A DNA stretch of 64,000 nt. Source: Candidatus Nomurabacteria bacterium RIFCSPHIGHO2_12_FULL_42_19 (GTDB lineage Bacteria > Patescibacteriota > Minisyncoccia > Phycocordibacterales > UBA9973). Location: contig MFUM01000001.1 in the NCBI GenBank assembly GCA_001786955.1, forward strand, positions 410-64,409. Reading direction: 5' to 3'. A model generated the notes under the pieces. The model saw only the letters and a program-made list of their open reading frames with translations. It made no database searches and had not been told where the DNA came from. Numbering within the stretch: position 1 is the first letter of the stretch; every line of letters starts with the position of its first letter. Shown piece after piece: positions 36,868 to 44,871 of this stretch. The position numbers were made by a program, and so were the translations under genes.

Positions 36868-39555
36868 TTAAAAAGAAAAAATGCTGCTGATTCTCCTGCG
36901 GGCAAAGAATTTCCTAATCTCTTCGGCAATTACGATAGACAATGCGACAGATATAATCATAAGCCAGTCAGAACGCCCGAGCGGAACCGTGTGCAGGATT
37001 TTTTGCAGAACCGGCGTATATACCGCCAATAATTGCAAAATAATGACAATGCCTGTCGCTCCAAGCAAGAATTTGTTGGAAAAGGGATTCAGCTGGAAAA
37101 TCGATTTTGAATCGGAACGGCAATTCCAGGCGTTAAACCATTGGAACACCGCAAGCGTCGTAAGCGAAATAGTCCATGCTTTCTCCAGATCCGTACCGGC
37201 ATATTTTTGAAAGAGAAAAAGCGTGCCAATCATCATGGGGACAGCCATGATAATCATTCTCTGCAGCATCAGCCTGTCAATAAGATATTTTTTCGGCCGT
37301 TCAAAACTGCCCGACAAAAGTCCTTTTTCTTTCGGTTCCATCGCAAGCGACACGTCAAGGAAGCCGTCCGTCACAAAGTTCAGCCAAATGATCTGAGCGG
37401 CAAGTATCGGCAATGGCAGACCTAAAAACAACGCCCCGGTTATTGTGAGCACTTCGCCAATACTGGTTGAAAAAAGATACAATATCACTTTCTTTATGGT
37501 TTTATAGATATTCCTCCCTTCCTCAACCGCCGAGACGATACTGCCGAAATTATCATCAAGAAGCACAATATCTGCCGCTTCTTTTGCCACCTCCGTTCCA
37601 ATGTTGCCCATCGCCACACCGAGATCGGCAGCCACGAGCGACGGCGCATCATTGACTCCGTCTCCGGTCATTGCAATAATTTCCCCGCGTTTCTTGAAGG
37701 CATTAATAATTTTTAATTTATGTTCGGGTGTCACCCGCGCGAATACAGTTGTCCGGGACAATTTATCTGAAAGTTCATTATCGTTCATCGCATCAATTTC
37801 ATTTCCAGTGAGTATTTCATCACCATCATGATATATGCCTGCCTCGCGGGCAATTGCCTGAGCGGTGATTTTATGATCGCCGGTAATCATCACGACTTTA
37901 ATGCCTGCTTCCTGGGCCCGGGCCATCGCATCTTTAACTTCAGGGCGCAGCACGTCTTTCATGCCCAAAAAACCGACAAAAGTGAGTTCTGAGATTGATT
38001 GCGGATCAGCCATGCGTCTGGTGTTTTCATGAATACCAACCGCAATAACGCGTTGTCCCAATCCGGACATGTGAATCAATATTTTTTCCAATTTTTCCTT
38101 CTCTTCTTTCAACAGCGCATGAATACCATCGACACTTGCTATATTTTTTGAAAGCCCAATAATAACTTCGGGCGCGCCGATTACTGTTAGAAAATTTTTG
38201 CCTTCAATGGAGTTAACAACTGCGCGATACTTGAGCTTGTAATCAAAAGGCGTTTCCGACAAAACCGGCATCTCAGTGAGCAAATCCTCCTTGCGAAACC
38301 CAATCTTCTGCGCAAAAACCACCATTGCCGCTTCCGTCGGGTCGCCTGCTATAGACCAGTGTTTTTCGGTATCAGAAAATAAGAGCCGAGCGCTGGCGCA
38401 CAAAGCAACAGCTCTGCCAAGCATAAGCAATTCGGGATGATTTGCCGCATCAACAATGTTATTTCCAAATGTTATATTCCCGATAGGTTCATAGCCGACA
38501 CCACTTACGTCAAATAATTTTTCCGCAGTCCATACCTGCCGCACGACTAATTCGTTTTTCGTAATAGTGCCCGTCTTATCAACGGCAATTATCCGCGCTT
38601 GACCAAGCGCCTCGACAGCTTGAAGCTTCTTTACCAAAGCATTGCGTTTGGACATCCGCCAGACCCCCGTTGCGAGCACCAATGTTATAACGATAGGCAA
38701 TCCTTCCGGAATGATAGAAACCGAAAGCGCTACGACAACGGTAAACATCGTCCGTATCGATTCACCGGTTGCGATACCGACACCGAACAATACTGCGGAA
38801 ATTACTCCTACGGTAATAATAATCGCCCGAGACAAGTATCGGATATTCGCTTTCAGAGGAATTTCCGTATCAATAAAAGAGATTTCTTTGGCAATACCGC
38901 CAATAACCGTGGCCGAGCCTGTCGTCACGACAACAGCCCTTCCGTTTCCGGAAACAATATGCGTACCTTTAAATAACATATTTCTTTGGTCGGCAACAGA
39001 AACTATGTCCTGTTCAAGCACATCGGCTATTTTATAAACGGGTTCTGATTCTCCCGTAAGCGACGCTTCGTCCGCTTTAAGATTTTGCGAGAAGATAACC
39101 CGCGCATCAGCAGGCACTTTTTCTCCTTCCTGGAGATATATGATATCTCCAGGCACCACTTCGCGGTCTGAAATTATAAGTTCCATGCCGCCGCGCAACA
39201 CCGTTGCTTTTGTCTCAACAAATTTTTTGAGAGCCGCAAGAGTATTCTGAGCCCTGCCCTCTTGAATAGTCCCCACAATTGCGTTGAAAACAAGTATTGC
39301 CAGAATAATATACGCGTCGCTGGCTTTGCTTATTGCATAGGTAATAACACTCGCGATAAGCAATATAAAAATAAGCGGGTTATTGAACTGGCCGAAAAAA
39401 ATGCGAACCAGGGACACCGGTTTTTTTTCAGGTAAACTATTGAACCCATACTGCTTAATCCTGCTTTGAGCTTCCTCCGGAGTAAGTCCGCGCAGCGATG
39501 TATTGAGCTTTTCAAGTATTTGTTCCTGCGACAATAAATGCCATTTCGTTTCCAT
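36868..39555 (-). CDS. P-type cation-transporting ATPase (type IIA-like, probably Ca2+ or Mn2+)
   Basis: DKTGTIT phosphorylation site, MTGDGVNDAPSL hinge and 10 TM helices. Probable start is METKWHL at 39555, although the ORF runs to 39573. Confidence 0.9.
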   Translation of the reverse strand: METKWHLLSQEQILEKLNTSLRGLTPEEAQSRIKQYGFNSLPEKKPVSLVRIFFGQFNNPLIFILLIASVITYAISKASDAYIILAILVFNAIVGTIQEGRAQNTLAALKKFVETKATVLRGGMELIISDREVVPGDIIYLQEGEKVPADARVIFSQNLKADEASLTGESEPVYKIADVLEQDIVSVADQRNMLFKGTHIVSGNGRAVVVTTGSATVIGGIAKEISFIDTEIPLKANIRYLSRAIIITVGVISAVLFGVGIATGESIRTMFTVVVALSVSIIPEGLPIVITLVLATGVWRMSKRNALVKKLQAVEALGQARIIAVDKTGTITKNELVVRQVWTAEKLFDVSGVGYEPIGNITFGNNIVDAANHPELLMLGRAVALCASARLLFSDTEKHWSIAGDPTEAAMVVFAQKIGFRKEDLLTEMPVLSETPFDYKLKYRAVVNSIEGKNFLTVIGAPEVIIGLSKNIASVDGIHALLKEEKEKLEKILIHMSGLGQRVIAVGIHENTRRMADPQSISELTFVGFLGMKDVLRPEVKDAMARAQEAGIKVVMITGDHKITAQAIAREAGIYHDGDEILTGNEIDAMNDNELSDKLSRTTVFARVTPEHKLKIINAFKKRGEIIAMTGDGVNDAPSLVAADLGVAMGNIGTEVAKEAADIVLLDDNFGSIVSAVEEGRNIYKTIKKVILYLFSTSIGEVLTITGALFLGLPLPILAAQIIWLNFVTDGFLDVSLAMEPKEKGLLSGSFERPKKYLIDRLMLQRMIIMAVPMMIGTLFLFQKYAGTDLEKAWTISLTTLAVFQWFNAWNCRSDSKSIFQLNPFSNKFLLGATGIVIILQLLAVYTPVLQKILHTVPLGRSDWLMIISVALSIVIAEEIRKFFARRRISSIFSF

Positions 39556-39660
39556 AACAATTATTATAACCAATATTTATCTAAATGGCTTGTTTTAATA
39601 GTTTAAAGTAGACAGCAACCATATAAGGAATTTTTTTACTTCTCTGGTGTTATTTACATA

Positions 39661-39704
39661 ATATTTAGCAAAGCTATGTTGGGATTTTCCTACTCTGATA
39701 GTTA
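39661..39704. promoter_or_regulatory. conserved upstream motif (copy 1) in the 5' region of the P-type ATPase
   Basis: atatttagcaaagctat...attttcctactctgatagtta. A near-identical block lies at 40148-40193. Confidence 0.45.
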
Positions 39705-39720
39705 TACCTTGAGGTAAAAC

Positions 39721-40071
39721 CTATTGAAAAAGTCCGAGACGGTTTGCAATTAAAATATATACTAAAGAGAGAACAAAAAATACCACGAGCCCAACAATAA
39801 TCGCTTTCTGTGAGCCAATTCGTGGTGCAAGAAATGCTATAGTAAGCATATACGGCACCCATGATACAAGAGTTCCGACAAGTACCCATTTGGCGTGCTG
39901 ACCTACTGCAACACCTCCTTTAGATTGTCCAATAAAAAAATATGCCACAAGCGTAAATACAGGAATAAGTGTGGCAAGTCCAGAGAGTGTTCTTTGCCCA
40001 CTCTGTTCAAATGCCACGATAAGAGTGGTAAATAATCCGCCGGTAATAAAATAAATTAGGAAATTAAGCAT
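39721..40071 (-). CDS. small polytopic membrane protein
   Basis: 116 aa with four hydrophobic helices. Shares the upstream motif with the ATPase. Confidence 0.45.
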   Translation of the reverse strand: MLNFLIYFITGGLFTTLIVAFEQSGQRTLSGLATLIPVFTLVAYFFIGQSKGGVAVGQHAKWVLVGTLVSWVPYMLTIAFLAPRIGSQKAIIVGLVVFFVLSLVYILIANRLGLFQ

Positions 40072-40147
40072 ACGCTAAATTATAACATTTTTTACAAGAA
40101 ACAGAGCCAAGCAAGAAACTTTTTAACCTCTCCGATATCACGTAAAT

Positions 40148-40193
40148 AATATTTAGCAGAGCTATATTTTTATTTTCCTACTCTGATAGTTAG
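40148..40193. promoter_or_regulatory. conserved upstream motif (copy 2) in the 5' region of the 116-aa membrane protein gene
   Basis: aatatttagcagagctat...ttttcctactctgatagtta. Confidence 0.45.
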
Positions 40194-40231
40194 GTTTTTT
40201 ATTATTAACTTCAAAACCTATACAATGGACT

Positions 40232-40927
40232 TTATCCATTTTTCTCGTATAATCTTACCCAATCAATAAATTCTTTAAACTCCTTAGGATCTGAAGAACC
40301 TGCTTGGTCGCATCCTGGTAATCTTTGATCAAGCGTAAAGTGCTTCTCAATAATGGTTGCCCCTCGTCTGACTGCTTCCTTGGTCCATTTTATGCCTATT
40401 GTGTGGTCTGAAAAGCCTGCATAGAATTTAAAATCTTTAGGAAACATTTCTTCTGTAATTATTGCGGGATATTCTGCTACGCAATAAAGAAATTCACTAT
40501 TAGTTATTGAGGGGATACCTTGCTTTTCATTTATCATGCCCAAAGAAGCAATAATGGGTTTACCTGTTGCTTCCATTGCTTTAATAGTTTCAGCATCATA
40601 GATACTTCGTGAAGCAAGTTTATGACGTTTTACTCCTACTTCTTCTAGCCAACCTACTCGTTCTGGATCAAATGCAGAGGCACAAAATTCTATATCAATT
40701 TTCTCACAATAATCCGCAAGTTCTTTTAGTTCTTCTTTGTCTAATTGACACATTTTTAGTTCCATATAAACAGGATTATCGGGTGTCATTATTTTATCTA
40801 TATCATACACTTGAAATTTAGCTATATCTGCACCGCATTTCTTTGCTTCATTAATTTGAAGTTTCATATGCTTCATTGAGCCATTCGCATTGTGTCCGCA
40901 CTCAGCGATTATCATTATTTTTTTCAT
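40232..40927 (-). CDS. NeuB/SpsE-family (sialic-acid-synthase-like) TIM-barrel protein, short
   Basis: IIAECGHNANGSMKHMKLQINEAKKCGADIAKFQ N-terminal motif. Lacks the C-terminal SAF domain. Confidence 0.6.
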   Translation of the reverse strand: MKKIMIIAECGHNANGSMKHMKLQINEAKKCGADIAKFQVYDIDKIMTPDNPVYMELKMCQLDKEELKELADYCEKIDIEFCASAFDPERVGWLEEVGVKRHKLASRSIYDAETIKAMEATGKPIIASLGMINEKQGIPSITNSEFLYCVAEYPAIITEEMFPKDFKFYAGFSDHTIGIKWTKEAVRRGATIIEKHFTLDQRLPGCDQAGSSDPKEFKEFIDWVRLYEKNG

Positions 40928-41041
40928 AACCTTAACTATATATTAATTATTATTTTTTTCAACATATTCTCAGCATTAAAATATAGAGGTAAAAAAAATA
41001 GCAATATAACTAGAGGCTGTTTTCAAAAAACTATTTATAAT

Positions 41042-43291
41042 CTAACCCGAACTAGTTATCGCTTTGATAAATTCTGCCGCCCAACGATAGACATTGTAAT
41101 CTTTGACACTAATACGCATAATGTTCATACGACGTTGTTGTTCGGAGGGTAACATTGTGATGGCTGTATAAATTGCCATCCCAATTTCTTCCATATTGTG
41201 CGGATTTACAATAAGCGCATCTTTAAGAGTACGCGAAGCCCCGGCAAATCGACTTAGAATGAGCACACCAAGCGAGTCACTTCGTGCTGCTACATATTCT
41301 TTTGCAACTAGGTTCATACTGTCGTGTAAAGAAGTAATAAGGCAAAAATTGGCGACTTTATATAGAGATGAAAGTTCTGGATGACTGTATTGGGTTGTTT
41401 CTAGAATAATCGGTTTCCATTCCTTGGTTGCAAACTTATTATTGATTCTATCCGCTTCTTTTGTAATCAAGTTTTTATACTGCTCTTGAACATCTTTAAA
41501 ATGCTCCCGATGCGGAGAAGCAATTTGTAAAAATGTGAGTTGTCCTTTATATTCGGGGTGTGCGTCAAAAAAATGTTCAATCCCAAAAAATCGTTCCGGT
41601 ATTCCTTTAGCATAATCGAGCCGATCAACACCTATTCCAAAATATTTGGTTTTAATTCCGAGTTTTTTAAAAATACTTAACCTAAGATTATTTTCTTCTG
41701 TCTGTTCAATTTTAGTTTCTTGGCTATCTGAAAAAGAAATGCTAATCGGGAAAGATTTAATATGCGTAGTGTGGTCTTCGCGTGTTATTGAAAAAGTTTC
41801 TAAATCAATCAGAGATTCTACTTCCTTTCCAATTGTTTCAATAAAGTTATTGCAAAATTGCTGAGTATTAAATCCGACTATGTCTGCCCCCAACATTCCT
41901 TTAAGGATTTCCTTACGCCAAGGACAAACACTAAAAGCCTCGGGGCTTGGCCATGGTACATGCCAAAATATTCCCACTTGAGCATCAGGACGACTTTCCT
42001 TTATCATTTTTGGTAAAAGAGCAAAGTGATAATCCTGTATCAAAATAATCGGCTGATCTATGTCTTTTATCTCAACAAGTAAGGCTTGAGCAAATTTCTT
42101 GTTTACATGTTTATATGTTATCCAATTTTCTTTTTTAAAAATAGGGCGAGTATAAGTCATAAGACATAAAGGGTACATTGCTTCTACAGAAAATCCATAA
42201 TGTCCACTAAATTCCTTATCAGAAAGCCAAATTCTTTTTAGCGTATAATGTGGATCGTTTGGTGGCACTTGAAGTTTACCGTCTTCACTAGAAGTTTCCT
42301 TATCCGCATTTCCACTTCCATGCGCAATCCATACTCCCCCACATGCTTCCATCACAGAATTGATTGCAGTATTCAAACCGCTCGGTACTTCAGAGCATGT
42401 AATTTCATTTTTAATTTTTTGATTAATAAAAGGTTCTTGGTTTGATACGACAAAAATTGGTTTGTTTTTAAAATATGCTTTGATAAATTCTTTTAGACGT
42501 TCGGCTGTCCATGGACTATCAAGTTTTTCCAGACGCATTCGGGCTTCCTCTTGAGCAGACAAACGCGCCTGTGATAAACTTTTTGTAATATGAGTAATTT
42601 CTTTTGCAAGTGGAGAAAAAAAGGAATATTTGCCTTCATCTTTAAAACTTTCTTTGCCTTCACCCATTCTAATTTTTTTCACGGATTCTACAAAGCGTAT
42701 AACTTGGCGAAAAACAAAAAATCTCAAAATTATAAAAATAGTGATTGAAAATATTATTATCTGAATCAATAATCTTAGTAAATTACCTTTCCAAATTTCT
42801 CTAATGCTGGTATTTATATATCCTGCGTTTTGCACAACCATAAGTGCTCCCACGATACTTTCATCATTGTGTAATGGGTCAACATGTACATAACGGTTCT
42901 CTCCATCGGCATCAAAAAAATCATTGTTTGATGTATTGCTATCCATGGCATCAGTAATGATTTTTGTATTCTCAATTATAGTTTTCGGTAATCCAGAAGA
43001 GGTAGCTAAAAGCGTTCCTTTATTATCGTAAAGAGCGATTCCGGCTAAGCGTTCACGATTTGCAAATTTATCAACAACTTTTTGAAGTGATTTTTGAAAT
43101 GAAGGTTGTGAGGAGTTAGCATAATAAGGCTCGACAGATTCTTTTAAACTGTCGGCAAGCAAAGAAGCCCGCTGTTCTAAGTTAGTCGTTAAAGTAGCTC
43201 TTTCTTGATCCACTTGTCTGATGTTAAATCCAAGAGCGACTAAACTTACAGCTACAACAACACTACCAATAATGGCAAAAATATATTTCAT
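41042..43291 (-). CDS. membrane sensor-domain protein fused to trehalose-6-phosphate synthase (GT20, OtsA-like)
   Basis: N-terminal TM, periplasmic domain, second TM and an amphipathic linker. Then a GT20 core (GVWIAHGSGNADKE...IQDYHFALLPKMIKE...VGIFWHVPWPSPE). The ORF runs to 43330. Confidence 0.7.
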   Translation of the reverse strand: MKYIFAIIGSVVVAVSLVALGFNIRQVDQERATLTTNLEQRASLLADSLKESVEPYYANSSQPSFQKSLQKVVDKFANRERLAGIALYDNKGTLLATSSGLPKTIIENTKIITDAMDSNTSNNDFFDADGENRYVHVDPLHNDESIVGALMVVQNAGYINTSIREIWKGNLLRLLIQIIIFSITIFIILRFFVFRQVIRFVESVKKIRMGEGKESFKDEGKYSFFSPLAKEITHITKSLSQARLSAQEEARMRLEKLDSPWTAERLKEFIKAYFKNKPIFVVSNQEPFINQKIKNEITCSEVPSGLNTAINSVMEACGGVWIAHGSGNADKETSSEDGKLQVPPNDPHYTLKRIWLSDKEFSGHYGFSVEAMYPLCLMTYTRPIFKKENWITYKHVNKKFAQALLVEIKDIDQPIILIQDYHFALLPKMIKESRPDAQVGIFWHVPWPSPEAFSVCPWRKEILKGMLGADIVGFNTQQFCNNFIETIGKEVESLIDLETFSITREDHTTHIKSFPISISFSDSQETKIEQTEENNLRLSIFKKLGIKTKYFGIGVDRLDYAKGIPERFFGIEHFFDAHPEYKGQLTFLQIASPHREHFKDVQEQYKNLITKEADRINNKFATKEWKPIILETTQYSHPELSSLYKVANFCLITSLHDSMNLVAKEYVAARSDSLGVLILSRFAGASRTLKDALIVNPHNMEEIGMAIYTAITMLPSEQQRRMNIMRISVKDYNVYRWAAEFIKAITSSG

Positions 43292-43296
43292 AACTT

Positions 43297-43485
43297 TTAT
43301 CGCTGTCCGAGCGAGACAAACAAAAGGCAAAATCCAAAGACAAGCCCAAATACCACTAAAGCAATAAAGTATGGTAAAAAGACTTCATACCAACGCGCTC
43401 CTATGGCAATACCAATAGACAATAAAGCCAATTTTAACAACCCTATTTGCCACCAACTATATGTATAATTCCTGAAAATCTTCAT
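43297..43485 (-). CDS. small 2-TM membrane protein immediately upstream of the OtsA fusion
   Basis: 62 aa. Its stop codon abuts the likely start of the downstream gene. Confidence 0.35.
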   Translation of the reverse strand: MKIFRNYTYSWWQIGLLKLALLSIGIAIGARWYEVFLPYFIALVVFGLVFGFCLLFVSLGQR

Positions 43486-43564
43486 GAATATATAATATCA
43501 CAATTACACTTATAAAATAAGTAGAATCAAAATTGCCGAAGCTAGTGTATTTAACACTGAAGAT

Positions 43565-43607
43565 ACAATAAATGCCATTTCGTTTCCATGGTAATTAATT
43601 ATAACAC
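43565..43607. repeat. duplicated copy of the P-type ATPase promoter and first 8 codons
   Basis: acaataaatgccatttcgtttccat is identical to 39531-39555 and continues with ...aatta(a)ttataac. Confidence 0.6.
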
Positions 43608-43644
43608 TTCTAATTATGGAAAAAATATGCTAAGTTTAAAATAT

Positions 43645-43715
43645 TGGGAGATCGTCTAATGGTAGGACACGTCCCTCTGGAGGACGTTATCTTGGTCCGA
43701 ATCCAAGTCTCCCAG
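43645..43715 (+). tRNA. tRNA-Gln (anticodon CUG)
   Basis: Cloverleaf read by eye with a U1:A72 pair, G73, and an anticodon loop CU-CUG-GA. The T-loop reads UCCGAAU, with C at position 55, which is atypical. Confidence 0.55.
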
Positions 43716-43770
43716 CAATCCTTCGCCAAGGCTTCGGAATTGCTTATGCACTACGTTTACATATTACATA
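43703..43770. repeat. 68-bp direct repeat, copy 1 (tRNA-Gln 3' end, leader and first codons of the GIY-YIG gene)
   Basis: Perfectly identical to 44053-44120. Confidence 0.8.
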
Positions 43771-44021
43771 GCTCAAAATCTTCGAACTTTTATTTTGGCT
43801 CAACAAGTAATGTTAAGAATAGGTTCGAGCAACACAATAAAGGTTTATCAAAAGCAACAGCTCCATATGTTCCGTGGAAATTAGTTTGGTACTCCGGTTT
43901 TCAAAATAAAAAACTCGCAGAAGATTTTGAGCGCTATTTAAAAACCAGTTCAGGTAAAGCCTTCGCTTACAAAAGATTATTAAATCCCGAAGCGTTGAAG
44001 AAGGATAAGTTTGGGGTATAA
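43746..44021 (+). CDS. GIY-YIG nuclease family protein (YhbQ-like)
   Basis: YVYILHSSKSSNFYFGSTSNVKNRFEQHN. Start chosen at MHYVYIL. The ORF-track start at 43644 is a TTG inside the tRNA. Confidence 0.75.
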   Translation: MHYVYILHSSKSSNFYFGSTSNVKNRFEQHNKGLSKATAPYVPWKLVWYSGFQNKKLAEDFERYLKTSSGKAFAYKRLLNPEALKKDKFGV

Positions 44022-44052
44022 TATGGGTGCTCCGTAGTCTTGACGAAGGACA

Positions 44053-44120
44053 CCAAGTCTCCCAGCAATCCTTCGCCAAGGCTTCGGAATTGCTTATGCA
44101 CTACGTTTACATATTACATA
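44053..44120. repeat. 68-bp direct repeat, copy 2
   Basis: Identical to 43703-43770. Carries a truncated duplicate of the GIY-YIG start (MHYVYILH then divergent, stopping after 17 codons). Confidence 0.8.
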
Positions 44121-44170
44121 ATCAATTACGTAATCTATTACGTACCTAAAAAATCTGCTACAATAAACCA

Positions 44171-44458
44171 ATGCAGGGAAAAGACGAAAAAGGAATAAGC
44201 GTGGACATATTGAAGCATATTGAAGACTTATCAAACCAGGTAAACAGAATGATGGCTTCGCGGGCTAGAGCCGTTTTCCGCAGATATCCCGTCACTTTTG
44301 GGCTTATGATATTGATTGGGGTCATGGCGGTTCACGAAGGATTGAAAGGCTTGATGAGAGAATTTGGATTGTTAAATATAAACCCCTGGTATCTGCTTGT
44401 CGCCGGATTAGCAATTCTTACCATTACCGGAACTCTGTATAAAAAACTGGAGAAATAA
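44171..44458 (+). CDS. small membrane protein, hypothetical
   Basis: Two TM helices. Confidence 0.4.
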   Translation: MQGKDEKGISVDILKHIEDLSNQVNRMMASRARAVFRRYPVTFGLMILIGVMAVHEGLKGLMREFGLLNINPWYLLVAGLAILTITGTLYKKLEK

Positions 44459-44491
44459 TTTATTTTTCATAGTTTTTTATACAATCAAATT

Positions 44492-44851
44492 ATGGGAACA
44501 TTAAGAAAGAAAAAATCGCATCAAAAATATTTAAAACTTATAGCCAAAGGATTTTTGACGGATGGGTGTAATTTATGTAACAAAAAGAAAACAAAGTCGC
44601 TCAAAGAATTCAGGTATTGGAGAATAATAAACAATTTATTCCCTTATGACCGTATCGCCAAAATTAACCATATAATTCTTCCAAAAAGGCACACTGCTGA
44701 AAAAAAATTGACAAAAGCGGAAAAAAAAGAATTTGAAATAATCAAGTCAAGATATATAGAGCAAAAATATGAATTTTTAATTGAAACTGTAAACAAGCAG
44801 AAATCCATCCCTGGACATTTTCATATCCATTTGATAATAATCAAGGACTGA
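44492..44851 (+). CDS. HIT (histidine triad) family protein
   Basis: C-terminal PGHFHIHLI (HxHxHxx) and an N-terminal CNLC zinc-motif. Confidence 0.6.
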   Translation: MGTLRKKKSHQKYLKLIAKGFLTDGCNLCNKKKTKSLKEFRYWRIINNLFPYDRIAKINHIILPKRHTAEKKLTKAEKKEFEIIKSRYIEQKYEFLIETVNKQKSIPGHFHIHLIIIKD

Positions 44852-44871
44852 ATTTGGACAAAAGAAATAAT

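Noticed and set aside
39574-39720. yybP-ykoY (Mn2+) riboswitch upstream of the P-type ATPase
   Set aside because: An AGAGUAG-like L1 and a CAACAUAGC stretch are present. They are only about 10 nt apart, whereas the riboswitch has about 40 nt with two paired helices between them. The fit is not acceptable by eye, so this is kept only as a generic shared cis-motif.
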